Below are positions 1 to 8,978 of a stretch of 64,000 bases of DNA, in pieces. The stretch lies in NCBI GenBank assembly GCA_965660445.1, contig CBFIAK010000002.1, positions 64,001 to 128,000 on the forward strand, read 5' to 3'. The translations under genes were made by a program, and so were the position numbers. The notes under the pieces are model-generated. The model had not been told where the DNA came from and did no database searches. It saw nothing but the letters and a program-made list of their open reading frames with translations. The DNA comes from Patescibacteria group bacterium (GTDB taxonomy: Bacteria; Patescibacteriota; Gracilibacteria; UBA4473). The stretch's first letter is position 1. Each line of letters begins with the position of its first letter.

Positions 1-317
1 TTGGAGTTTGATTCATTATATTTTGACCAATCCCATTCTCTTTTTTTGTTTTGTTCTAATTTTTTGTTCATCTCGAGAGATGTATCTATCTCAAATATAC
101 CACATAAATGCAGTGTTCTTTGGAGTACATCGATAAGTTCTTCCTTAAACCCGTGTGGACCGTCTATGTTTTTCTTACGGTATGCATCATAGGCTTCCGA
201 TACTTCAGAATGTAGAAGGGCAATTTTTTCTCCAACATTGATATCATCAGGAGTTACTCCAAACCCTTTTTCTTTTGCTTGTTGAAGTATGCGATTCTGA
301 AGATCTTGAATATCCAT
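1..317 (-). CDS. MazG-like nucleotide pyrophosphohydrolase (3' end runs off the window)
   Basis: Not in the ORF track. Manual translation from ATG at 317 gives MDIQDLQNRILQQAKEKGFG...KIALLHSEVSEAYDAYRKK...FKEELIDVLQR, the ExxE...EExD all-alpha NTP-PPase motif. The start overlaps the upstream stop (TAATG). Confidence 0.75.
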   Translation of the reverse strand, partial: MDIQDLQNRILQQAKEKGFGVTPDDINVGEKIALLHSEVSEAYDAYRKKNIDGPHGFKEELIDVLQRTLHLCGIFEIDTSLEMNKKLEQNKKREWDWSKYNESNS

Positions 318-640
318 TACGTTAGGACTTTATCATACAAAAACCAAATCATCACGAGAACGAGGAATGCCATCGTAAAAAATCGCATATAGTATGATCG
401 AATCGCTTCGTTTATTTCAGTTTCTTCTTGTGCTTTTTGTTGTGTTTTTTGGTCTTCGTTAAATGCGTTGTTATAGAGAAATTCTTGAATGTGTGATATT
501 GTGTTTGTTTCTTCTTCTTGTAATTCTTGGTTTGTGATATCGGGTGCTTGTGCCAAAACAACATCGCTGGTGATACACACAGTAAACCCGTAAAACATCA
601 AAAGCAAGACGATGGGAATTGTGTATATGTTGGTATTCAT
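317..640 (-). CDS. hypothetical membrane protein
   Basis: Probable start MNTNIYTIPIV at 640 (the longer ORF overlaps tRNA-Lys). N-terminal signal/TM, acidic middle, C-terminal TM. Confidence 0.65.
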   Translation of the reverse strand: MNTNIYTIPIVLLLMFYGFTVCITSDVVLAQAPDITNQELQEEETNTISHIQEFLYNNAFNEDQKTQQKAQEETEINEAIRSYYMRFFTMAFLVLVMIWFLYDKVLT

Positions 641-741
641 CGTCTGTATGGTATCACTTTTTGAAAACAGTACAAACATAAAAAAAACATTACTCGATTC
701 TAGAATCTCGTAACGTGAATCGAGTCCCGTCTTTGGCGATC

Positions 742-817
742 TGGTGGGTTGGGTGGGGCTCGAACCCACGGCCAATGGCTTAAAAGGCCACTGCTCTACC
801 GACTGAGCTACCAACCC
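742..817 (-). tRNA. tRNA-Lys(UUU)
   Basis: GGGTTGGTAGCTCAGTCGGTAGAGCA-GTGGC-CTTTTAA-GCCAT...GTTCGAGCC...ACCA; cloverleaf, CCA encoded. Confidence 0.97.
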
Positions 818-864
818 GATTTATGAAATGATATCGATATTGAAACGTATATGTGTGGACAAAG

Positions 865-941
865 TGGTGGAGCCTAAGGGATTCGAACCCTTGACCCCCT
901 GCTTGCAAAGCAGGTGCTCTAGCCAGCTGAGCTAAGGCCCC
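865..941 (-). tRNA. tRNA-Ala(UGC)
   Basis: GGGGCCTTAGCTCAGCTGG...CCTGC-TTTGCAA-GCAGG...GTTCGAATCC...GGCTCCACCA; G3:U70 pair. Confidence 0.97.
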
Positions 942-948
942 GTTTTTC

Positions 949-1191
949 TTATCCTGAAAATCCGGGAATAAATTGTCCAATGGTTCCGGCAATGAACCAT
1001 TCTAAACCACCAGTAACATGCATAAACGAAAATATAGAAAGAAGCAACCCAAACAGTTTTATAAATGTATACGTGCCACCCGTGCCGAATACTTTTTCGG
1101 CAAACGGTATTTGACCTGTAAACGTATCGACGACTATATCAGCTTTCAGCAAGATATAAATGCCGGTGGGAATGAGTAACCATGCAATCAT
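949..1191 (-). CDS. small membrane protein
   Basis: 80 aa, two hydrophobic segments, AEKVFGTGGTYTFIKLFG motif of a kind common in CPR small proteins. Confidence 0.65.
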   Translation of the reverse strand: MIAWLLIPTGIYILLKADIVVDTFTGQIPFAEKVFGTGGTYTFIKLFGLLLSIFSFMHVTGGLEWFIAGTIGQFIPGFSG

Positions 1192-1283
1192 GTATTTTCT
1201 GCTTCAAAGAACGAACGCCGAACCATAATAAAAAAAAAGATTTTTCTGTCAAAAATATTTGAAAAAAACTATTTTCCTTTATA

Positions 1284-2267
1284 ATGACTATTGTGAAAAA
1301 ACGTATTCTTGTTTTCGTTATGGCGGTTGCTTTTATGAATGTTTTTTGGATTCCGATTGCGTTTCCTCAAGCACCAAATCCGAACGTATCGCGTCCAACA
1401 CTTTCAAAACCAACAGAACGAACAACGAACCAACTTCCACTTTTAGGTGAAGATCGGTACGATTCTATTATAAAACGGAACATTGTGAAAGACATTGTTG
1501 ATGTGTCGCAAGGTCAATCAAGTGAGTCGATTATTCGAACGTTGTTTCAACGGCGTGAAGGAGCGAGATCACCTATTGTTATTGCAAATGTGCTTTTCGG
1601 TGTTGCGGCTTTAATTTTTCTTATTTCTATTGGGGCTCGTTTTATTTTTGCAGATGGAAATGAGGAATCATTAAAAACGGCAAAGTTACATTTTGCGTAT
1701 CTTGTTCTTGGTTTAGCTATTATTTCTCTTGCTGAGTTCGTTGCCTTTACTCTTATAGATCCTATCAATGAGAGTTCTCAACCGATGTTAACATCTGGAA
1801 ATACAGCTTCTGCATTAGGTGAAAAGGCAGAGCAAATTATTGATTACGTACAGATTCTCATTACAGGAGTCATGCTCCTGCTTTTGTCTATTTCTGGGTA
1901 TAGTCTTATTGCTTCCGGTGATGAAGGGGAGAAGCGATTAGAAGACGAAAAAAACTTTTTAAAAACCTTCTTTTTTGGGGCAGCATTGATTTTGCTTTCT
2001 GAATCGATTGCACTTATTGCGAGTGATCGACATCCGCAGAATGCTATTTTTAAAGCACAAAACGAAATACTCGGGTTTGTGAATTATGCTTTATCTTTTG
2101 TAGCGGTGACGTGTTTTGTGATGTTGATTCTTGCTTCGTTTTATTTTGTGACCAGTCTTGGAAATGATGATCAGATGCAACGAGCAAAGAAAATAATTCT
2201 GTCGTGTGTACTTGGTATTATTGTCGCCATTTCTAGTTATACTATTGCTAGCTTTATGATTCGATGA
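1284..2267 (+). CDS. membrane protein with three TrbC/VirB2-like pilin repeats
   Basis: Three helical-hairpin units (ADGNEESLKTAK, ASGDEGEKRLEDEK, SLGNDDQMQRAKKII), each flanked by TM helices; signal peptide. Confidence 0.7.
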   Translation: MTIVKKRILVFVMAVAFMNVFWIPIAFPQAPNPNVSRPTLSKPTERTTNQLPLLGEDRYDSIIKRNIVKDIVDVSQGQSSESIIRTLFQRREGARSPIVIANVLFGVAALIFLISIGARFIFADGNEESLKTAKLHFAYLVLGLAIISLAEFVAFTLIDPINESSQPMLTSGNTASALGEKAEQIIDYVQILITGVMLLLLSISGYSLIASGDEGEKRLEDEKNFLKTFFFGAALILLSESIALIASDRHPQNAIFKAQNEILGFVNYALSFVAVTCFVMLILASFYFVTSLGNDDQMQRAKKIILSCVLGIIVAISSYTIASFMIR

Positions 2268-3292
2268 AAACATTTCTGATTTCCGGTTTTGTGGCTGTTG
2301 TTTTTTTTCTCTCACTTCCTGTATTTGCTCAGTCACAACGGAGCACTTTAGATATTTTTTCAAATAATCCTTCTACACAAGATTTATATACAAAGTATAG
2401 CCCTTTGCATGACTATACACCTGAGGTTTTGTACGGAGAGAACAAGTTTCGAGGGATTCTTTTTGTGGTTCAAGATTTTGCGTATGGAATTTTTATTCCT
2501 ATTGCTATTTTATTAACCGTTTGGGCTGGAATTCAATTGATTTTTTCTCGCGGGTCGGAAGATACGTTTACAGAAAAAAAGACACAATTTATTGGTGTTT
2601 TTTTAGGATTCGCGGTTTTACTTCTTTCAAGGGTTATTGTCGATGATGTTTTTTTTGGAATTGATTTTGATGATGGATTTTGGGGACTGAGACAGGTCGG
2701 TGACTATTTTGGGTTTACCAATGAAGAAAACCGAATGATTGTTGATGCAGGGCAAATATTTAACGATTCTGATTCTGCTTCTTTTGCAAAAAGCGGGTTT
2801 CGACAACTCGAAGGAATATTTAATTATTTAATTACTTTTGCTGCAGGGGTATCGGTGTTATTTGTTATTTATGCTTCCTATAGAATGATTACAGCAGATA
2901 ATGACGATACACTTTCAAAAGCTCGAAACCAGATTTTATATGTGTTGGGAGGTATGGCACTGCTTATTTCTGCACGTCGAATTATTGGACTTTTTCGTCG
3001 AGAAAGTCAGTCGAAAATTGGATTAGATGGGTTATTTAATGATGGAGGTTTATCGCTGCCAAAAGTTTCTCCAACGACAGATCTTGTTATTCAATGGACT
3101 AATTTTGCACTGAGTTTTATTGGTATTGTGGCTGTTGTAGGACTTGTTTATGGAGGAATTCAGCTGATTACGAGTTTAGGGGAAAGTGATGAAGCGCAAC
3201 AAAATGCAAAAAAGATTGTTATTGCTTCTATTGCTGGTTTAGTGCTTTCTATATCAGCATGGACAATTATTTATTATTTCATCAACATTTAG
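2264..3292 (+). CDS. membrane protein with three TrbC/VirB2-like pilin repeats
   Basis: Units SRGSEDTFTEKK, TADNDDTLSKARNQI, SLGESDEAQQNAKKIV; ATGA overlap with the upstream gene. Confidence 0.7.
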   Translation: MKTFLISGFVAVVFFLSLPVFAQSQRSTLDIFSNNPSTQDLYTKYSPLHDYTPEVLYGENKFRGILFVVQDFAYGIFIPIAILLTVWAGIQLIFSRGSEDTFTEKKTQFIGVFLGFAVLLLSRVIVDDVFFGIDFDDGFWGLRQVGDYFGFTNEENRMIVDAGQIFNDSDSASFAKSGFRQLEGIFNYLITFAAGVSVLFVIYASYRMITADNDDTLSKARNQILYVLGGMALLISARRIIGLFRRESQSKIGLDGLFNDGGLSLPKVSPTTDLVIQWTNFALSFIGIVAVVGLVYGGIQLITSLGESDEAQQNAKKIVIASIAGLVLSISAWTIIYYFINI

Positions 3293-3338
3293 TTTTTGCT
3301 TGATTTTTCTCTCTATTCTTTTTATTCTGCAGATGTTT

Positions 3339-4388
3339 ATGCAGAATAGTCCACATATATTTACTCAGTGTCTTGAGTCGTGGTATAAAAAGTATGCGAG
3401 AGACTTGCCTTGGAGGCACACAACCGACCCATATCATATTTGGATATCGGAAATAATGCTTCAACAAACGCAAGTAGATCGAGTAAAAGAAACTTTTTAT
3501 CCTCGTTTTTTGGAAGTTTTTCCTTCACTTTCTGGTTTAGCGAAAGCACAATGGGAGGATCTGTACCCAGTTTGGAAAGGGCTTGGGTATTATACACGTG
3601 GAAAAAATATGCTTCGAACTGCTCGTTTACTTGTTGATCAATATGAAGGAACCTTTCCTCGTGAGAAAGACCGTCTATCAGCTCTTCCAGGGATTGGAAT
3701 CTATACGGCTTCTGCTATTTTAGCGTTTGCTTTTGATCAAAAAGTGCCAGCGATTGATACGAATATTCGAAAGATAATAACAGCTCTTTATCCACAAGAA
3801 CCAGTTGATAAAAAGGCACAAGAATTAGTAGGTTTAAGTAGTTCTGGGCGGTTATGGAATAATGCTATGATGGATTTAGCAACGACTTTGAGACAGGGGA
3901 ATGTTCCGGATGAGTTGCGTGAGTTTTTTCCGCCAACGATTGCTTCTTCTTTTGTCCCTGTAAAGAAACCGTCTCAAAAACGAAAGAAAAATGATCGGTT
4001 TACTCTTGAAATTGGTATTGCGTGTATCTATAAAGATGGAAAATATCTGATTCAAAGTCGTCCGAAAGGAAAGAGTTTTGAAGGAATGTGGGAATTTCCC
4101 GGAGGGAAACGAGAAAAAGGGGAAGATTTGCGTGGATGTGTAAAACGAGAAATACAAGAAGAGTTGGGGATTGAGTTATCGGTTCGACCTGCATTTTTTA
4201 CACAAATGCATGCTTTTGATAAAATTAATCTCAAGCTTTGTTTTCATCGTTGTCAGATTCAAAAAGGAGAACCGAAACCGCTTGAGGGACAAACTTTGCA
4301 ATGGGCAAGTCCAGCAGAGTTTGATTCTATTCAGTTTTTAGATACCAATCATGACGTGCTTCAGAAATTGAAGAAAATGAGAATGTAG
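3339..4388 (+). CDS. mutY: A/G-specific adenine glycosylase fused to a MutT-like Nudix hydrolase
   Basis: RDLPWR, WISEIMLQQTQV, WKGLGYY, HhH LPGIGIYTASAI, D in PAIDTN; C-terminal Nudix box GGKREKGEDLRGCVKREIQEELG. Confidence 0.9.
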   Translation: MQNSPHIFTQCLESWYKKYARDLPWRHTTDPYHIWISEIMLQQTQVDRVKETFYPRFLEVFPSLSGLAKAQWEDLYPVWKGLGYYTRGKNMLRTARLLVDQYEGTFPREKDRLSALPGIGIYTASAILAFAFDQKVPAIDTNIRKIITALYPQEPVDKKAQELVGLSSSGRLWNNAMMDLATTLRQGNVPDELREFFPPTIASSFVPVKKPSQKRKKNDRFTLEIGIACIYKDGKYLIQSRPKGKSFEGMWEFPGGKREKGEDLRGCVKREIQEELGIELSVRPAFFTQMHAFDKINLKLCFHRCQIQKGEPKPLEGQTLQWASPAEFDSIQFLDTNHDVLQKLKKMRM

Positions 4389-4625
4389 GAATTTAGATTT
4401 TAAATTAGAATCTGGAATCTAGAATCTTGAATCTAGGGGAAGCGCAGGAATCACAAGGCTTTACAATGTCTTGTGATTTTTTTGTGATTCCTGCGCTTCC
4501 TGCGATTCTCCCTAATTCCTAATTCATACTTCATAATTCTGAAGTCTTCGACTTCACTGTGCTTTTGCGATGGGAACAAGATTCCAGATTCCGGATTCAA
4601 GATTCGAGCGCCTCAGCGCTCCTGT
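4389..4625. repeat. intergenic palindromic/heptamer repeat element (REP/MITE-like), copy A
   Basis: Perfect 19-bp inverted repeat 4438-4456/4482-4500, tandem GAATCT-like heptamers, 26/28-nt match to 17137-17164. Confidence 0.7.
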
Positions 4626-4653
4626 GCTTCATGGTTTGTCTTTCCCACAGTAA

Positions 4654-6360
4654 TTACCCCTTAATCACTCGCAATACTTCTTCCATAGTGGTTGTTCCGT
4701 TTAATACTTTTCGGTATCCATCTTCGAACATTGTTTGCATTCCGTTTTCAATTGATTGTTGTTTTATTTTATCGGCATCGGATCCTTCCATGATAAGTTT
4801 TCGTATTGAGTTGTCCATTTTCAGGATTTCAAATACCCCAACTCGTCCATGGTATCCAGTTCCATGACAGAGTTTACACCCATCACCTTTAAAGAGGGTT
4901 ATTTTATCTTTTTTACTTTTTCGGTCTTTTTCAAATCGTTCGATAGCCTCAAGTGGAAGCGAGATTTTCATTTCTTCAGGTGTTGTTTCATAACTATAAA
5001 TACATTTTGGACATATCTTTCGAACCAACCGTTGTGCCACAACAATAGCAATGGTTGATGAAATTAAGAACGGTTCAACACCCATATCAAGTAACCGTGG
5101 AATAGAAGTTGCCGCATCGTTTGTATGCAGAGTCGAGAGTACCAAGTGCCCCGTCATCGCGGAGTTAACGGCGATATTTGCGGTTTCAGGGTCTCGGATT
5201 TCCCCCACCATTATGATATCCGGATCTTGCCGTACTAACGCTCGGAGTCCTGTGGCAAAGGTAAGATTTCCTTTTGGGTTGGTTTGAATTTGCGTAATTC
5301 CTTCGATATTCCGTTCTACGGGATCTTCAATGGTAGCGATATTTACGTCTCGTACGTTTAACACTTTCAAGAACGAATAAAGCGATGTCGTTTTCCCAGA
5401 TCCCGTTGGTCCGGTTACGAGTATAAGCCCCCAAGGGTTTTTAATAGCTTCATAGGCTTTATCAAGATCTGCTTTGTCGAGATCCATCGATTCTATAGAG
5501 AAACTATTGGATTTATCACTTAAGTACCGCATAACGACGTTTTCACCTCCGATTGTTGGTACCATAGATACCCGGATATCAAACTGTTCGTCTTCAAACG
5601 CATATCGAATTTTACCGTCTTGCGGTGATTGGTGTTCATCGGTTCGCAGTCGTGCCATTACTTTAATACGGGCGATAATACTCCCATGAATTTGTTTTGG
5701 CATTTCTAAGATATCGTTCATGATACCGTCAATACGAAATCGCACAATACTGTAATCTGGTTGTGGTTCAATATGGATATCTGATGCTCCAAATTCGTAT
5801 CCACGATCGAGGAGCATATCTACAATTTCAATGATAAAGTTTCCATCACTTCCGTCGTCTTTCTTTTTGTTTTGTTCGAGTTCTTCTTGTGCTTTTTGAA
5901 AAATTTCCTCGAATTCTTTTTTAATATCAGATTTATAGAGATAGTAATGGTCAGAGAGATCTTTTTCTGATGCATAATGCACGACTATTTTCTTTTTAAA
6001 CTTTTTTTCAAGAGTATGGACAAGTGTTACGTTTTCTGGGTTTGTTGTTGCAACAAGAATCTCATTGTCGTCTTCTGCAAACGCAATAATTTGCTTGCTT
6101 CGCGCCATACTTTCCGGAATTTTCTTCATAACCGCCTGATCAATACCTTCGTTTGCTAATACAATAAACTTCCACCCATTGGCTTCCGCAATAATACGAG
6201 AAAGATGATCAAGCTTGATAAGTTCTCTTTCTACAAGGATATCTTCAAGCATTTTTTGGTCTTTCGCAACCTTGAGAACGTCATCAATATCTTCTTGTGA
6301 TACAAAATCTCCTAATACTAAGAAGTCGACGACTTGCTGATTTATTTTTGATTGTTTCAT
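4654..6360 (-). CDS. pilB: type IV pilus/T2SS assembly ATPase (PilB/GspE)
   Basis: ASDIHIEP, Walker A GPTGSGKTT, TIEDPVE, LRALVRQDPDIIMVGEIRD, TGHLVLSTLHTN, CxxC pairs. Confidence 0.92.
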   Translation of the reverse strand: MKQSKINQQVVDFLVLGDFVSQEDIDDVLKVAKDQKMLEDILVERELIKLDHLSRIIAEANGWKFIVLANEGIDQAVMKKIPESMARSKQIIAFAEDDNEILVATTNPENVTLVHTLEKKFKKKIVVHYASEKDLSDHYYLYKSDIKKEFEEIFQKAQEELEQNKKKDDGSDGNFIIEIVDMLLDRGYEFGASDIHIEPQPDYSIVRFRIDGIMNDILEMPKQIHGSIIARIKVMARLRTDEHQSPQDGKIRYAFEDEQFDIRVSMVPTIGGENVVMRYLSDKSNSFSIESMDLDKADLDKAYEAIKNPWGLILVTGPTGSGKTTSLYSFLKVLNVRDVNIATIEDPVERNIEGITQIQTNPKGNLTFATGLRALVRQDPDIIMVGEIRDPETANIAVNSAMTGHLVLSTLHTNDAATSIPRLLDMGVEPFLISSTIAIVVAQRLVRKICPKCIYSYETTPEEMKISLPLEAIERFEKDRKSKKDKITLFKGDGCKLCHGTGYHGRVGVFEILKMDNSIRKLIMEGSDADKIKQQSIENGMQTMFEDGYRKVLNGTTTMEEVLRVIKG

Positions 6361-6514
6361 GTGTGTGTTTTTTGTATGAACAAAATCGCTTCATTATAAC
6401 ACAAACAAAAAATTTTTTCAATTGTTTCTGTTTCGAAAATCATAGTTTTCCTTTGAAAATTATTTGACCAAAAAAAAATTTTCGTTAAAGTTTTGAGGCT
6501 GTTTTTTTGTTTAC

Positions 6515-6592
6515 GGGATCGTAGCTCAGTTGGTTTAGAGCGCCGCCCTGTCACGGCGGAGGTCGCGGGTTCGAGTCCCGTCGGTCCCGCCA
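6515..6592 (+). tRNA. tRNA-Asp(GUC)
   Basis: GGGATCGTAGCTCAGTTGG...CCGCC-CTGTCAC-GGCGG...GTTCGAGTCC...GCCA. Confidence 0.97.
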
Positions 6593-6636
6593 GATATACT
6601 TTTAAAAAAAAGAATCTGGTGAAAACAGTATATAGG

Positions 6637-6668
6637 AAAAAACCATATCATGCGATGTGGTTTTTTTT
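6637..6668 (+). terminator. intrinsic terminator after tRNA-Asp, probably bidirectional
   Basis: AAAAAACCATATC-ATGC-GATGTGGTTTTTTTT hairpin with A and T tracts. Confidence 0.7.
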
Positions 6669-6811
6669 GATACTAAAAAAAGGACGGATTTTTTGACACA
6701 TTTCGCAAATTTTCATAGAGTTTTCACGTATTAAGACGAGAGAGGATCCGGACGGTGTTAGTGCCTAAGGAGCCTTTTTCATGTATAAATCGTTTTTTTT
6801 AAGTCGTTAAA

Positions 6812-7558
6812 ATCTACAAAAGTAGAAATTTAATGGTGAAATTAAACAAATCCGAACCCAAAAAGCCAATTGATTCTATCTACAAAAGTAGAAATTTAAT
6901 GGTGAAATTAAACCAAAAGAAAGAGTTACTATTAGAATCTGATCTACAAAAGTAGAAATTTAATGGTGAAATTAAACCCAACTTGTTTTTGGTGTTTGGT
7001 ACGCCTATCTACAAAAGTAGAAATTTAATGGTGAAATTAAACTTGGAACAGGAGGTTGCAGACTTCGTTATCTACAAAAGTAGAAATTTAATGGTGAAAT
7101 TAAACAATAATATGACAAATAATATAAATAACATATCTACAAAAGTAGAAATTTAATGGTGAAATTAAACCTCCAACACCCTTGCAGGACGAGACTCATC
7201 TACAAAAGTAGAAATTTAATGGTGAAATTAAACTAAAAAGTACAAAATCATTATACCTATATAATCTACAAAAGTAGAAATTTAATGGTGAAATTAAACA
7301 CCGTATCCCCCTCCTTCGCTAATACTGATCTACAAAAGTAGAAATTTAATGGTGAAATTAAACTCATAAGTATAAGCATTTGATTCGCTTGTATCTACAA
7401 AAGTAGAAATTTAATGGTGAAATTAAACGGAGAAGATTTAATATGTATGTCAAACAGATCTACAAAAGTAGAAATTTAATGGTGAAATTAAACGAATATT
7501 ACTATTATGATGAACAACAATTATCTACAAAAGTAGAAATTTAATGGTGAAATTAAAC
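6812..7558 (-). CRISPR. type V-A CRISPR array, 12 identical 36-nt repeats and 11 spacers of 27-30 nt
   Basis: Repeat on minus strand GTTTAATTTCACCATTAAATTTCTACTTTTGTAGAT with the Cas12a AATTTCTAC-N4-GTAGAT handle. Plus-strand starts: 6812, 6878, 6942, 7007, 7070, 7135, 7198, 7264, 7328, 7393, 7458, 7523. Confidence 0.99.
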
Positions 7559-7734
7559 CCTTAAAATCTGATAGCAAAGCCAAAAGATACAAACAGTATC
7601 TTTTTGAGTGACCGCGACTTTTGGCTTTGTTATCATGTCTTCGAAAAATAAAGACTTAGGTTTGCTTGTTGTGTTAATTTCCTCACAGAAACTTATACCT
7701 TTGTGTGAATTAATGGAATGGGAAAGATCAAACG
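7559..7734 (-). promoter_or_regulatory. CRISPR leader with an 18-bp inverted repeat
   Basis: Lies between the cas2 stop and the first repeat; arms 7569-7586 and 7618-7635 match 17/18. Confidence 0.7.
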
Positions 7735-8013
7735 TTACAAAAATAGTATATCATCATCCATATTTTTTGCATAGCCGAACTTCATTATTTTATCAGTTGA
7801 TTTGTTTGATAGCCTGATAATCATAACACTATCGATTCCTGAAAAATGTTTTTTGTATCGTTTTTCTATTTCAGCAGTTATAAGGTTCAAAATTCTATCG
7901 CTATTTTTTATTTCATAGACTGAATATTGTAGGCGATATCCAAATTTTTTTAAAAAACTAGAAAACCGAGTTCTTACTTTGTCGTTAGAGATATCATAAG
8001 TTATGAGAAGCAT
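7735..8013 (-). CDS. cas2: CRISPR-associated endonuclease Cas2
   Basis: MLLITYDIS..K.RT.F..FLKKFG.RLQYSVYE. Confidence 0.96.
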   Translation of the reverse strand: MLLITYDISNDKVRTRFSSFLKKFGYRLQYSVYEIKNSDRILNLITAEIEKRYKKHFSGIDSVMIIRLSNKSTDKIMKFGYAKNMDDDILFL

Positions 8014-8015
8014 TT

Positions 8016-8972
8016 TTATTGTGGTTTATAGCATTGAAATTCTAGAGATTCTTTCATAGAAGCTCTGTAATATTCTTGTATATATTTAAATATTTCAGAT
8101 TTTTCTTTGAGTATAGCTTTGAAGAATATACTCGTATATTTTGTTCCTTTTTCGTATTTCAAAATATATTGTCCTTTTTGTATTTCGAAATCATTTTCAT
8201 CTACCTGTTTTAGATTAAATGCTTTGAGTAATTCTTTATCTATTATACATCGACAGGGTTCTATTATGTCGCATACTAAAGATTTTCTTTTATAAAATTC
8301 TTGATGAAGGTTTCCCACATATGTATCAAATCCATAAAGTCTTAACTGTGCATCAATAAAATGGAATAAAAATGTATATCCCATATCTAATAATAGATTT
8401 GGGATATCATATTTTGTGCGTGGCTTTCTTCCTTTCCACTTTATATTATAAAAATAGGAACTAAAAAATGATTTGGCGCAACTTCCTTCTATTCCCATAA
8501 GTTCATCAATAGCTTTTGTGTTTGTTATTTTTATTCTTCTTGTTTCTAGTACATCAGCTATTTCATCACCGCAAAATATTTTTGATCGAGTATTTCTGAG
8601 TATGTGAATTTGATTTTGTATTTTTGTATCTACTATTTTTTGTGCAATTTCGAATGAGTTCTTATTGCTATATTGTTTTTTCCTTAAAATAGTATTTCCC
8701 TCGGTTTCACTTCCTATGACTGCATATGTTTGAAAGTTTCGTTTTAAAAGAAATATAACAATTCCATAACTGAGAAGCTTTTTAATAATAACACTTGTTA
8801 GTGTGCATTCTCCCCATATAAATATCGCAAATATTTTAATACAAGGGACTTGTTGTTTTCTTATCCCGTCTTTTTTTAATAATAGATTGTCATTTTGAAA
8901 AGATATCTCTTTTGCATCTTGAGAGTTTATAAAAAGTATTTGTTTTGCACTGAAGTCGGGAAGAGATAACAT
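8016..8972 (-). CDS. cas1: type V CRISPR-associated endonuclease Cas1
   Basis: MLSLPDF start, LMGIEG, GRKPRTKYDIPNLLLDMGY, GNLHQEFYKRKSLVCDIIEP. Confidence 0.96.
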   Translation of the reverse strand: MLSLPDFSAKQILFINSQDAKEISFQNDNLLLKKDGIRKQQVPCIKIFAIFIWGECTLTSVIIKKLLSYGIVIFLLKRNFQTYAVIGSETEGNTILRKKQYSNKNSFEIAQKIVDTKIQNQIHILRNTRSKIFCGDEIADVLETRRIKITNTKAIDELMGIEGSCAKSFFSSYFYNIKWKGRKPRTKYDIPNLLLDMGYTFLFHFIDAQLRLYGFDTYVGNLHQEFYKRKSLVCDIIEPCRCIIDKELLKAFNLKQVDENDFEIQKGQYILKYEKGTKYTSIFFKAILKEKSEIFKYIQEYYRASMKESLEFQCYKPQ

Positions 8973-8978
8973 TTTTTA

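Noticed and set aside
641-992. ORFs 780-992, the 5' extension of 317-814, 6357-6554, 6493-6696, 63572-63775 and 63651-63860
   Set aside because: They overlap tRNA genes and are shadow ORFs.
6848-7522. Self-targeting spacers that might explain cas12a inactivation
   Set aside because: I saw no match within this window by eye; the rest of the genome cannot be checked here.
7608-7817. Short antisense or nested ORFs in the cas region (7608-7817, 12794-12979, 13959-14964) as accessory or anti-CRISPR genes
   Set aside because: They overlap well-supported genes or the leader and have no recognisable motifs.
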